A DNA stretch of 63,910 nucleotides, filler included, from Folioceros fuciformis (GCA_049999805.1; 5 parts of 5 records of this genome joined end to end with filler, not necessarily neighbours in it), one strand, 5' to 3'. Positions 1 through 12,571 are shown, counted from the whole stretch's first letter. A program made the numbers and translations. Notes: generated from the letters alone by a model not told the origin.

Positions 1-2
1 GC

Positions 3-3000
3 TGTGGAGCTGGAGGCGGCGTCACTGGGCTCAACCTCAGCAGTTCCAATATCGCTGGTGTGGTGGATGGTCGCCTGTGCGACATCCCGGGGCTGGAGTT
101 TCTCCTCCTCGACGACAATTATCTGGAGGGAGGCTTCCCCCTGGGGCTCTTCAACTGCTCCAATCTTGTGTCGCTCAACCTCAGCCAGAACCTGTTCGAA
201 GGCCCGGTGCCGGATGGCTTCGCCAAGTTGAGCAAGCTGGAGGTGCTGGATCTCTCCTACTGCAATTTCAATGGGAGCATTCCGGCTTCTATTGGCGGTC
301 TTACGATGCTCTCGTTTCTCGACCTGTCGGCCAACGGGTTTACGGACGGAGGCATCCCTGCTTCCTTCACCTATCTCTCAAGTGTCCGCTACCTGCATGT
401 GGCGTGGAATTATTTTCTGGAGGGTCCCTTTCTTGCGGATTTTCGGGGACTGCCCGGCCTGGTGTCCTTCCAGGCTCAGCAGTGTCTGCTCTTCGGCAAC
501 CTTTCCGACACCATTGGGCTGCTCACCAATCTGTCCTATTTCGACGTCTCCAACAACAGTCTTACGGGACGGATACCGCAGTCGATTGTTGCCTTGTCCA
601 ATCTTACCTTCTTCGATGTGGCGAATAACCAGCTCGTGGGTGGTGTTCCTACCGGCGTTTCCAACCTCAAGAGCTTGACGCATTTCTTCCTGTACAGCAA
701 CCAGCTCACGGGGCCGCTGCCCTCTGGTTTCGGGGCTCTGCCCAACTTGTACTCCATCGACGTCAGCAACAATTCCTTGGACGGTCCGATTCCTGGAGAT
801 CTGGTGAATTGTAAGCAGCTCGTCTTGTTCCACATCCAACTCAACAACTTCTCAGGGCCCATACCGGATGGCTTCGCCGACCTTCCGCTACTGCAGGAGT
901 TTGTCGTCTTCAACAACCAGCACAACGGCAGCATACCGTCGCGGTTGGGAGGCCACGCGAACCTCACGCGGATCGATGTTTCTACGAACTCGCTTTCGGG
1001 ATTGCTTCCCCCGAACCTTTGCAGCGGAGGAGTCTTGTATGAGTTGGAGGTCTTCTCTAATTCCTTCAGTGGAAGCTTGCCGGACTCATATGGCAGCTGC
1101 AATAGCCTTAGGAGGATACGGATCCACGACAATGCGTTCTCGGGCCCGTTTCCCCCTGGAATATGGAGCAATCCGGTTCTCCAGTACTTGGAGATATCCT
1201 CCAACCAGTTTGCTGGGAGCATTCCACCGGAGATCGGGAAGGCTTCTAGCTTGAGGACAGTGAGGATGAATTACAATATGTTCAGTGGGGCTATACCTGC
1301 CGAGATCAGTCAGGTGGAATTGGCGGTACTTGAAGCAAGCTTCAACCAGCTGGAGGGGCCGATTCCCGACACCATTGGGAACATGGTGAATTTGACGAGT
1401 CTCCTTCTCAATGCGAACCGAATTTCAGGTTCCATTCCCCCCGAGCTCGGCCGCTGTCGTTCCCTTGCCAACCTTGACCTCTCCAACAATCAGCTGTCCG
1501 GGGAGTTTCCGTCCTCCCTTGCAGAGTTGACCTCGCTGAGCTTTCTGGATGTCTCTGACAACCGGTTGAGTGGACAGCTTCCTCCCAAGTTTGGGCTAGG
1601 GACTGTGATCAGCTCGTTCAATTTTTCCTACAATTCTTTCACCGGCTCTCTTCCGCCAGCGTTCTGGAGCGGCGCATTTGCAGATAGCTTTCTGGGCAAT
1701 CCAGGTTTGTGCGGACCAGGTCTGCCCACATCGCGGCCCTGCACGAAGTCCGGGAGAAACGTTGCGGTGCCGTGGGTTGTGGGTGGGACATTTATTGCAG
1801 CTGCCGTCCTTTTCATCTTCAGCTCCTGTTGGTTCTACCGCAAGTATTCGAAGCATCAGAGGAGCGTGCGCCAGAGGGATGCCGGTCCCTGGAGGCTGAA
1901 GTCATTCCAGAAAGTTGGTTTCTCCGAGGCCGATGTGCTGGCAAGTTTGGACGAAGACAATGTCATCGGAGAGGGAGGAGCCGGCAAAGTGTACAAGGCT
2001 TCGTTGCCAGATGGTCAGGTGGTGGCGGTGAAGAAGCTGTGGACCAATGTGAAAGGTCCAGGCAATCGTAATGACAACGGTTTCAAAGCTGAGGTGGAGA
2101 CTTTAGGCAAGATCCGTCATCGGAACATCGTGAAGCTGCTGTGTTGCTGCTCCAACAAGGAGTCTAATTTGCTGGTCTATGAGTACATGGAGAACGGCAG
2201 CCTCGGGGAACTCCTGCACAGCAAGAAGTCCAGTCTCCTGGACTGGGCCAGCCGGTTCAAGATTGCTCTGGGATCTGCCCAGGGCCTTGCCTACTTGCAC
2301 CATGACTGCATCCCCCAAATCCTGCACCGAGACGTGAAGTCGAACAACATCTTGCTGGATGAAGACTTCGAACCACATGTTGCTGACTTCGGGCTGGCAA
2401 AGATTCTGGAGAAGTTCTCGAGGGGTGACTCCATGTCTGTCGTGGCTGGGTCCTACGGCTACATCGCTCCAGGTACGTTCTCCCTCCCTGCGGACATGCC
2501 CTAGCCTAGGCCTGGGCCTATATGCAACTCGCCATTATTCTGTGAAAAATCTCTCACGTGGGTCACTGTTCTGTACGCAGAGTATGGGTACACATTGAAA
2601 GTGAGCGAAAAGAGCGATATTTACAGTTTTGGGGTAGTGCTTCTGGAGCTAGTCACAGGGAAGCGGCCCATCGAACCCGAATTCGGCGACGGTGTCGACC
2701 TGGTGAAGTGGGTGTCCAGCAAGATCCACAGCAAGGAAGGTCTCCCAGACATCCTAGACCCCAGACTTGGTGGAGCATCTCAAGATGACATGGTCCGCGT
2801 GCTCATGCTCGCTCTGAGATGCACGGATCCAAACCCAGCCCAGCGCCCGACCATGCAGCAAGTTGTGGAGTACCTCCGTCAAGCCAACCCCCAGCAGTCG
2901 GCCAAAGGTGTCAAGGATTGGAAAGACTGTGACAAGGAATTCGGCCGAACGGACTCCACGCCTTTGGATGCCGATGCCTGCCTAGACGTCAAGCTTCTTG

Positions 3001-3008
3001 TGAAGTAA
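3..3008 (+). CDS. LRR receptor-like kinase, subfamily XI (HAESA/HSL-like); 5' end outside the window; exons <3-2472 and 2581-3008
   Basis: About 20 plant LRRs (LxxLxLsxNxLsGxIP), GNPGLCG cap, TM helix, kinase motifs GEGGAGKVY, VAVKKLW, HRDVKSNNILL, DFG. Intron GT2473..AG2580 restores [28 protein letters not shown]. Confidence 0.93.
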
Positions 3009-4326
3009 TAGTAATTGTAGCACTGTCCGTAATCTACCTACTTTGCTAGCCTAGGTAGCCACCACAACTTCCCAAGTTTCCCCATCCACTCTAGCTGGGA
3101 TCTAGTTGTAAAATGATGGATAGGCTCGTAACAGATAGACAGACGTAGTACTGCGGAACCATTTTGTTACATACGGGAGAAGCCACCTACTACCATTACC
3201 GCAGGCTGGATTCATTACTGTTGTGCAAACCGTTACAATGAGCTCAACCCGGCAGAAGTTATCACATCCACCACACCGACCTGTTAGATTTCCCCCCACT
3301 GTTCATTCATTCCCTCGATCATGTGGGTGGGTGGCGCTTCGATGAGACAAGAGTACATAACGGAACCCACTCGCGAGAGCTGGCTTTGGCGGGTGCAGGA
3401 GGATTGTGGGAGCGCAGCGTCACGAACTCCGTGAGCCCGCACTTTCGCAGAAACAATCATATGTAGTACCAGGCATCGAGACACACCGCGGAGGAATGTT
3501 GAGCACAGGTAATGCAGAGTGTCAGGATCCGCTGGCCTCTCCACCTTGTGGACTGTTATGGGTGACGGGGCCCTGTCACCAGGCTGTTGCTGCGAGAGAA
3601 AGTGGCTGACACCGGACAGCATGGGCCGATGGGCCCGCCTCTGCTCACGCAAAAGACACACTCCTCCAATGCGCCTGCCCAGTGGCCACATTATTTTGGT
3701 GCTGCATTGCATGTACAGTGGTACATCCCGCGTGGAACTTTCACATGGGCTCTGTAAAAGCGGCTGCATCGCCTGCCATAGCATGATAAATGCCTTGCGA
3801 GCGCGGCGGCTCGTCCCTACGTTTGAAAGGGAACGGAACGGGGTGCGCACTTCATTCGGAGAGAGTAGTTATGTTCGTCTGTAAAAAACGATAAGTAACG
3901 TAGTATACTATATCCCCGACGTGTGAATGTGGCAGGCTAGGTGGTGTGCATCCAGCGTGCCTGACATGATGCGTGGGGAGGGAAGCGGCAGTGAGGAGTA
4001 AGACGTCGCAGATTGCCAAAGCGTGCTTCGTCTCTTCCTCTCCGCTCTTTTGGGACTGCCAGCGCGGTGTGCATATCCCGACACAACTGGAAGAGATTGT
4101 GCTGCGCATCTGCGTCTCTGGTACATGTTGTCCGGTATTGGCTTAGATGTGATATCCTATCTGGTAGGTCCACTGGCGGACATCGATGAAGATGGGGATG
4201 ATATGTACATAGCCATTTTGCTTTTTCTCACTTTCCATCTGTCTGGAGACGGTGTTGGAAATGGCAGTGGCAGTTGCCTCACGCCATGCGTGAGGACCGT
4301 CTGTCTCACACGAATGCCGTGATGCT

Positions 4327-6626
4327 TCAGAGCCTGAAGTCTATCCGGCTAGGATCGAGTCCCTGAGGAATACCTCTCTCCTCGTCAGGGAACTCGTCAA
4401 GGAACGTGGCCATGGTGGTGGCTGCTTCCAGGTACATGCTGTACTTGGCGACGGCAGGCAGGCCACCGACCTCCATGGCTTCCTCGCTACCCGTGTACAC
4501 GTCGTGCGAAAACCTAGAATCCTTGTCCCCCCACAAAACGGTAGAGGCAAACCCGTTGCACGGGATGATGATATCCTTAACCGTGGGCTTGGTGCTCCAC
4601 TCGCCTGTAATCCAGTCGAGGTCATACAATGGCAGGAAACGCTGGCCGTGCTCGGCCACGAACTCCATGGCTGACAGCAAGAACTGAAACTCATCCTCGG
4701 TTATGTAGTAGCCGAAGGAGAGCCTCGCCCACCCGGGCTTCATCGCACTGTAGCCCTGAGGAAGACCCACGCGTCAGCAAGCCCTGTAAAGAATCTGTAA
4801 AATGCATGAAAGGAAGCTGATGAGCATGACAGGAAACAGACCTGGGCAACGACAGCGTGCTCGATAGCCAGTGACCGGTCCGGATCGATGCCCAGAAGGT
4901 AGAGCCCGTAAGGTCCTGCGCAGGAGCAACCGCCTCTGGCCTGAATCCCGAACAGATCGTTCAGTAGCTTCACCACGAATCTGCAGTGCAGCAGCTTTCC
5001 TACTCGGGATAAGCCAGGTCTTCCAAGACTCCGTCGGTGGAAGCCGCGAGTTCGTGAGATAGGGTCTCGGGAACGGACGGTGAATGAGAGGATGGCACAA
5101 CGCTTCACATCTGTATTGCCCAGGATGTGGATGTAGGGGTTCCTTTGCAGTCTTTGGATGGCAGTCGTGATGAAGTACTCCTCCCGCTGTTGGATGAGGT
5201 CATAACCCATGAGCTCCTTCACCCAGAAGGTAAGAGCTGCTCTCACTTTCTGGATGATGGGCGGTGTGCCCGCATCCTCCCTGGATTCCACATCCTCCAT
5301 GTACACCTGTTTGTGATAGTCCACGAATTGCACGGTGCCACCTCCGCAGGTGGAAGGGGCTGTGTCCTTGAGGAGGTAGAGCGCCTTGCTCATGAGCAGA
5401 ATGCCGGGGGAGCCGGGCCCGCCCGCGAACTTGTGGGGGCTCAGCACAACAGCGTCATACCCGTCCAGCCGACCAGCTCGCATGTCGATCTTCACGTAAG
5501 GGCCACTGAAAACACATGAGAATGGCGGATGCATAGATCAGCAACAGCAATGTGTGGCAGAATGGATGTTGCTCTCAAGGAGGTAGTTGAGGAAAGCATG
5601 CCTGCCTGGCAGCAAAGTCGAAGCAGGCGAAGGCACCGTTTAGGTGCAGAAGGCGGGCTATTGCTCGGGTGTCGGTGAGTATGCCTGTCACGTTGCTGGC
5701 AGCAGAGAAGGAACCCAGCTTGGGCCTGTCTTTGTACTTAGGGTTGGCCAGGGCAGCCTTCAATTTCGTCATATCCACGCCACTCCCGTCCGCTCGTAGA
5801 GGTATCTCCACTACCTGGACGCTCATCGCAGTCAGCTCAGTCCATATGGTATAGCAAATTCACCACAAAGAGCAGACAGACAAATAGGGCAGACCAGAGC
5901 ACGCTACCTACCTCGGCCAAGCTCTCCCTCCATGACAGGAGATTGGAGTGGTGCTCAAACGGTCCTACGAACACTACCCACTTCTCCTCATCGTCCAGCA
6001 TCCTCAGCACCCGAGTCCTGAGAAAGGACGGCACCGCAATACCTAGGCAGTCCTGGAGCCGCTTCAGCGCTGCGGTGGTGCCACTTCCGCAGAAGAAAAT
6101 GGCTTCCTCCTTGGTCCCTCCCAGGCAGCGCTTGATGAACTGCCCTGCCTCCTCCACGGCGTGCCCCGTCATCTTCCCTACATGGCTGTCTTCCGTGTGA
6201 GTGTTGCCTGAAATCCGACACCGAGGCCCGTCAGTCAACCAGAATTGTAATAGCACTACACACAGCTCTTTCCCGACAAGACGCACCGTAGAAGGGCAGA
6301 AGGACCTGGGCGATGGTGTTCTCGATGTGGATCAGAGGCTGCCCCGACGCCGTGTGGTCAGCATACGTCAGAAGCCGGGAAGTTCCAAACTCGGTAAGAA
6401 ATTCCACGCTACGCCCTGGGATTTGCGACCGTATCCACTCGCACTTCTCTTCGTCACTAGGAACGAACTTCTTCCACAAATCGGGCAACAGCTCCTCAGC
6501 ACCCAGCCTACCCAGGCCCAAAGGATGCGGTGGTGACGTCTCCTCGCCTACGCCTGACCCTGCCTGGTTCGGATGCCGGGACACGGAAATTGTTAAACTA
6601 GATGGATCCCATCTGCTATTTCCCAT
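4327..6626 (-). CDS. PLP-dependent class-V aminotransferase / cysteine-desulfurase-like protein; exons 6626-6287, 6207-5912, 5814-5606, 5505-4842, 4755-4327
   Basis: Motifs YADHTASG, GNTHTEDS, EHHSN, SFSAASNVTG, FDFAASGPY, SPHKF (PLP Lys), EDAGTP, RGGCSCAGPY, KPGWARLSF. All exon phases join in frame; one donor is GC. Confidence 0.88.
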
Positions 6627-7629
6627 CGTGTTGTGCCCGCTGCCGAGGTGTGCCTCCCACTATCATGACGACCAACGCACGCAGACACAGATTACATGTT
6701 CACAATATGAGCCCTCTTCCCGCTTCCACAACATCTGCTCTTGGGTTTTTCAACTCATGTACGTTACGAAAGGGTTGACGGTCGATTGGTCAAGAAGGCG
6801 TGATGCCGGCCGGAATCCAGGAATCGCGGCCAAATCCTCTGTCAGGCAACAGGTTTGCCATGTGGGCGGGGGCCATTGGCCTATGAATGGAGTCGTCAAC
6901 GCGGGTACAATTTAAATTCCATTGTTGGAATGACGTGCATAGTACACCTCCGCAAGGAAACGTGTGGAGCGCAGGACGGTGCAAGAAGACTTTGAGAACG
7001 CCATGGCCGAGAACAACCGACCTGCGATGAATACAGTAAAGCTCGACAGTGCTCCACACATCCAGCATCACTACTCAAATATCTGCACGTCTAATGAGAA
7101 CTATGACAACCTGACACCCTTCTCTGGTGGTGTGGCTAGCCAAACACGAGAGCAAGATTACTTCTCAGCAATCCTGAAGAGCTGTCTATTCACTCCGGTT
7201 GCTCGTTCAATTTTGTGGCCTCCCGTTTGAGCAGCAAAAGATTCCGATCTGTATGGTTTGTGCAGATTTGGAGGTCTCTGACAGGGTCTCACCACCATAT
7301 TGTGGTCCCTTTCCTCGAGGAGGCAACTGACAGTCTGCAGTAGCCAGCCAGCCAACCAGCTCCGTGCGCTAGACAGTGGGGCTTCCACGGAGCATACAGG
7401 AATCCTGCAACGAGCCAGAACACGACGCAGGTCATTACTAACAGATCAGCAACAAATGAGTGGCGCAACCCACGCCGAGGGCCATCCATGAGCGTATGTA
7501 CCCACCTCAAGTCCGGGTTCATCAGAAGGGGCTTTCTCCATGGCCGGGCTGATCGCAAGACGTGCACAAGAATACTATCCACATGACTCTCGTTATCCAG
7601 GATGGTATACAGATCCTCAGTACGTGAAC

Positions 7630-9489
7630 TCAGCCCTTGCCTCTGTACGACGGCGAGTAGACTGTAAAGGAGTAGAAGGCAGCCGCCGTGCCACAAGTGA
7701 GAAGCAGCATGGTAGCCCAGGAGGTCACGAACACTGCCAACAACGGCCAATTCACATGCTTCCTGCTGTCCGCCAGCCCAACGCCCACGAGCGCTCCGAT
7801 GAGAATGTGGGTGGTGGAGAGGGGGAGCCGAACCTTCAAGGCCAGCACCACGGTAGCCAGTGCAGAAATGTGGGCGCTGAAACCCCTGGCCGGGGAGAGG
7901 TAGACGAGGCGACCACCAACGGAACGGATTATCTTCCACCCCCAGATGGCGAAGCCGACACTAGCCCCGGCCCCGCCCAGTAACAGCAGCCACGGCACCA
8001 GCGACCCTTTGCCGGCTCCGTCTGCAGTGCCGTGGCTGTAGATGCCCACCACCGCCGCATACGGCCCCATTGCCCACGCCAGCTCGTTGGATCCATGAGC
8101 CAAGGCCGCCGCGCTTGCCGTCAGAATCTGCAGGAAGCTGAAGAGCTCTTCCGCCTTGGCGTCGAACTTCTCCGCCAAAGCGTGCCTGACGAGCGTGTGC
8201 CGGTCGTAGGTCAGCCTGCGACTGTAGGTCGCCGTCCGCAGCCGCAGTAGCGACCGCATGAACTTTTCCCTCCCCGTCAAGGGTGGCCTGCGGCGCAGCT
8301 TCTGGAAGCTCAGCAGACGATTCGGGGTGCTGGCCAGGAGCTGGCCGAAGGACAGCTTGGGCTTGTCTAGGACAGCCGGAGGAGGCACGGCAGGGCTGCT
8401 GATGCTCCTGCTCTTGTAGTGAAGACTGAAGTCCGAGCTCTGTTCCTCCTCATCCCCTTCCACCACCGTGGCCAACATTTTCCGCTCCGTGAATTGCTGG
8501 ATAAGCTCATCGGGACTCAGTTCCTGCTCCTTTTTCCCGCCATCCTGCCCCGGCTCCTGATCCTGCTCCTCCTGTTGCTGCTCGAGGTGGGAGTTAGGGT
8601 TTCTAGTGCTCTCCTCCCCGTCCGCGGAGGGCATAGCCAGCCCTCTCCCGGAGGAGGGGGAGGCGGATGCGGAGTTGAAGCATCCCAGCCTTCTCTGCGC
8701 CATGGGCACCACGATGAGGTACGCGAGCAGGCTAGCCAGGCATCCCGACAGGCCCGCGATCAAGGACGCCCGGCGGGGGTCCAAGTCCCTCAAGTGCACC
8801 CTTGGGCAGGCCCGGTAAATGACGAAGTAGATGAGCACGGCGACGGTGACCCCGTAGTAGATGGGCATGGCTCTCAGGCTGCGCTCCACGCAGTGCTGCG
8901 TGCGGAGGACCAGGTGCTTGGTGGCGCCGAAGATGAGGAAGGCGATGGCGGCGGCGATGCAAGGAGCCAGGATCCAGGACAGGACGATGGAGAGCACTCC
9001 TCCCACGCCGAGTGCCGACTGCATCTCCCCCTTATTCTCGGTCCAGTACACGGATTTCACCCCGCTCACGGAGACGAGGATCCCGATCATGGCGCCCCAT
9101 ACGGCCAGGGTGGAGGAGACCGGAAGCTCCCAATGCACGGCAGCGGCCAGCCATGCAGCTGCCACAATGAGACAGATGAAGAGCCCCCACATGAGCAAGG
9201 CATCGTCCTGCCCCGGGGGCCTGTGCCGCATCACTCTGGCCACCAGAGTGTCCCATTCCCGGATGCCCAAGAGGTACGCCCCACTGATCTCCAGCAGGGA
9301 GGCCAGCAGCACCGCCTGCGGCAGGGTGAGCGCGCCCGAGCCCACGGCCGGGGCGAAGGATAGCGGGAAATCCACCGCCCCCACGGCCACGGCCCAGGCC
9401 ACAGCCACGAATCCCCCGACGATGGGGATCCACCTGTAAGTGGAAGTCAAGTGCCCCGCCGCAGCTGCTGCATCTTGAGACAAATCCAT
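7630..9489 (-). CDS. PiT/PHO4 (SLC20) family phosphate transporter, PTB-like, intronless
   Basis: Two inverted hydrophobic PiT halves (PAVGSGALT, LPVSST, SWILAP; HG.N, WGWKIIRSVG, LPLSTTH..GALVGVG) around a long hydrophilic loop. No evident plastid transit peptide from ATG 9489; the frame is open further upstream. Confidence 0.88.
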   Translation of the reverse strand: MDLSQDAAAAAGHLTSTYRWIPIVGGFVAVAWAVAVGAVDFPLSFAPAVGSGALTLPQAVLLASLLEISGAYLLGIREWDTLVARVMRHRPPGQDDALLMWGLFICLIVAAAWLAAAVHWELPVSSTLAVWGAMIGILVSVSGVKSVYWTENKGEMQSALGVGGVLSIVLSWILAPCIAAAIAFLIFGATKHLVLRTQHCVERSLRAMPIYYGVTVAVLIYFVIYRACPRVHLRDLDPRRASLIAGLSGCLASLLAYLIVVPMAQRRLGCFNSASASPSSGRGLAMPSADGEESTRNPNSHLEQQQEEQDQEPGQDGGKKEQELSPDELIQQFTERKMLATVVEGDEEEQSSDFSLHYKSRSISSPAVPPPAVLDKPKLSFGQLLASTPNRLLSFQKLRRRPPLTGREKFMRSLLRLRTATYSRRLTYDRHTLVRHALAEKFDAKAEELFSFLQILTASAAALAHGSNELAWAMGPYAAVVGIYSHGTADGAGKGSLVPWLLLLGGAGASVGFAIWGWKIIRSVGGRLVYLSPARGFSAHISALATVVLALKVRLPLSTTHILIGALVGVGLADSRKHVNWPLLAVFVTSWATMLLLTCGTAAAFYSFTVYSPSYRGKG

Positions 9490-9870
9490 CCGTCTCCGCC
9501 TGCCGCATGTATCCCTGGATCCACTCCTACTACTATTGCTCCTGCCCCGACCCCTGCCTCTGCGGATGGATTCGGTCGCCAATGGAAGCGCCCGTGGGTG
9601 GATGAGCGAAGTGCGAATCGGATGTGTCAGAGAATCCCCGTGCAGGAGCTGGAGACGGAAGTGGTGGGCAAATTGCTTGTCCTCGAGCATCGCCTCAGGG
9701 CGGTCTGGGGCCGGAAGCAATCTTCGCACTCCCGTGCCACATCCTTGTTAGACGAAACGCGCTTTCTACCCGCCCAGTCAAACATCGGCGTGCACAGTGC
9801 GCCACGCTGACCTAATGCAGGCAATCCCATGAAAGCCTAGCCGTTTCCCATGGCCATGTCGGAGTTACCA

Positions 9871-9878
9871 GCATATTC
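9871..9878. promoter_or_regulatory. P1BS (PHR1-binding, GNATATNC) candidate
   Basis: GCATATTC about 380 bp upstream of the phosphate transporter ATG. Confidence 0.5.
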
Positions 9879-10734
9879 TCCTCATTCCTGCCTTTGTCGC
9901 TTCCGGCAGCCGGCTGACGACGATCGACTCCCCCGCCTACTGGCCCGCCTCGTTCTTTCCGTGCATCTTCGGCCCCATTTACTATTACATTGCTATGCCC
10001 TTGTCATGTCACCACTTGTGAGCGATAGAGATTGCTTCGAGCTTCACGCTCCAGCGCTGGCCTGTGACGTTTTTCCTCGTCTCGTTTGCCATGACGCCTT
10101 TTACTTGAGATGGGTAACCTCTGATAAAAGGGACCAAAGCCCCACAAAGAGAGCCACACATCCCGGGACGTAAACCGGGCCTCCGGCAGCTCATCCATCT
10201 CCATGTCTGTATAGCACACCTGCACTTCGGGAACTGGACACCACACCAGGTGCTGGTGTTATCCTGCTGTCTGGGCGCGTGGCGTTGAGCAAGCACTCTC
10301 TTTCTGCCTCCTCTGCAAGCAAGCCCATGCCATTGGTTGCCACCGAAGGTGAGTGAACGAACACGACTTCGTAGTGAAGTAGGAAGAACACACTAAGAAG
10401 AAGGAACAAGAATTGGTATTGAAATTTCACCAAGCTCAAGGAAACAAACTTTCAACAACTGAAGAATCACATCGTACCAGACCCGGTTCGATAATGGTGA
10501 TAGAAACGCATGAGAAAGGGTTTGGATCATATTCGGAGGAGGGCTGGCACATGAAACGGAACATTCGGTGGTAAGGACAAGACAAAGACGGCAAGTCATT
10601 ACCCAACACCATGCCGCTCAAAGTGAACCATCTCTCTCACAAATAAAATAATTATACGCCTGGCATTGAAGATTAAGTCTTAGCAACATATTCTCTTACC
10701 ATAATACTAAGACTTGCTAAGGACAAGATGGGAT

Positions 10735-10798
10735 AACCCATCTACTCCCCAACGACAAGATGGAATAATTCCATCTTGTCCTTGGGAGTAGATGGGTT
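10735..10798. repeat. Near-perfect palindrome (about 31-bp arms, 1-nt loop)
   Basis: aacccatctactccccaacgacaagatggaat-a-attccatcttgtccttgggagtagatgggtt. Confidence 0.9.
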
Positions 10799-11190
10799 CT
10801 TTGGGGATGGGATCCTTACTCTACCCATCTCCTTGTATTTACTATGCACTTGCTTTGAGTATGACTACTTGCTCACACTGCCTATTTGCTTTGGCTAGCT
10901 TTCTTATAGCCCTCTCCTTACATCTGCTTGATTCTCTTCTATCACTTATGTTCCCATTGCAATGCTTTAAGTCCATATCAATTGCTACCGTTGTTGCTTT
11001 GATCCTAACCTCCTCCACCTTTCAATTTGTAGGCTCAATCCTCATCTCATCCTTCTTTGCCAAATAATGGAGTCTATCATGCCTCTTGAGTTTAGACAAG
11101 ACAAAAGCATGTTGCAATTGATGCTTCTAGTCTTGTGAACCTCCCTCCTCTTTGTAATCCTTGGGAGCCTCAACTTCCTATCTGAGGAGA

Positions 11191-11373
11191 CCTACCTAGG
11201 AGCTGGAGGGTTGTTGTGTTCACCCTCCATTTTGCTCAAACTCTTTATTTGGCCATGATTCTTTGTTAGAGGAGGACAAGGAGCCCTACCTAGGAGCTAG
11301 AGGGTTGTTGTGTTCACCCTCCATTTTGCTCAAACTCTTTATTTGGCCATGATTCTTTGTTAGAAGAGGACAA
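11191..11373. repeat. Tandem duplication of about 94 bp
   Basis: cctacctaggagct(g/a)gagggttgttgtgttcaccc...gaggacaa occurs twice in succession. Confidence 0.9.
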
Positions 11374-12571
11374 CCAAGCAACGAGGACAACTGTGAAATT
11401 GAATGCACAATTGTAAGAGGACATGCATTGATGATTCACACAAAGTAATTGTTGGGTGACAAAGTGGAGGTGAGACACTCACCCAAGGTTCCCTTTTGCT
11501 ACTGCCTGTGTTTTTTACAAGCACATGTCTCCCTTTCTCAACACTTTGTTAAGCAATGAAGGAGGCTATGGATCTTGGTTGATTATTAAGTGTGTTTCTC
11601 GTCACTTACATTTACAAACTTTCTCCTTCAAACAAGAAGAACTACAAGAACTAAGAAACTCAATGTTAGGATGAAATAGGGTAGAGATGACATGGGTTGT
11701 GTATCATGGCATTGCCACTTGATATAATAGTAATTTACATGTCCTACACTTACTCAACATGAACCCTAGAAAGACTAAAGGCATAGCTAAGTAAACCATG
11801 ATTGAAAATGTTTCATTTATTATAAAATAGAAAATGTAATATAAAATGAATTTATATATTAATAAAAAAATTCAGAAGACATCTCACCAAATGGCTGGAT
11901 CTAAGTGAATCAGGAACATCTTTACTANNNNNNNNNNNNNNNNNNNNNNNNNNNNNNNNNNNNNNNNNNNNNNNNNNNNNNNNNNNNNNNNNNNNNNNNN
12001 NNNNNNNNNNNNNNNNNNNNNNNNNNNCTTTTCTTCCCAGCAGCAGCCAGGCAAGAGGCCAGAAGTGGCAGCAGGGCGCCGAGACGGAGTGGGGCGCGAG
12101 ATAACCTTAATATTCTAGTGTCGGCAAGAACCCGACCTAGGTGTAAGGCGCGGACTTGGGAGTTTACTGTTGCTGACCAGTTTTGGACCAAGCTGTCGCC
12201 TCGCCCGCCGCTTAATGGTTCAAAATATGCTCCCTTCAATCTGCTTGAAAAAAGTTGCAGCCAGAGACGGCAGGGCATGGCGAGTCCCTTGCCTTCGTTG
12301 ATGAACTTACCTTTGGGCTTTTCTTTCGAAGTCGTCCCCGGAAGTGTTTCCCCCCTTCATTCGTCGGAACCCTAAGTATGGAATAGTGCGAGATATATCG
12401 TGTTTCGCATCAACAGTCTTGCAGGAGCTCGGGCAGCTTGGGTGTTTGGACTGGCTTTCAGCAGGACGTATTCAGCAGCTGTATATGAGTGCTAGTTGCT
12501 TTGTGTCCAGGCATATTGAGGGCAATTGAGGGCAATTGAGCAATCTTTTGTGTTTTTCTAGTCACCTAGCA

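Noticed and set aside
3102-4322. Several 65-188 aa ORFs between the RLK and the aminotransferase
   Set aside because: No recognisable domains or consistent splice structure; probably UTR or intergenic.
8419-9363. 314-aa antisense ORF, and similar shadow ORFs over the RLK, FKGP and PPR genes
   Set aside because: Expected from GC-rich codon usage on the opposite strand; no motifs.
9490-9729. 80-aa N-terminal extension of the PiT ORF as a transit peptide (PHT2-type)
   Set aside because: It begins at a GTG with no ATG before 9489, and the long central loop fits PTB better; treated as 5' UTR, though not excluded.
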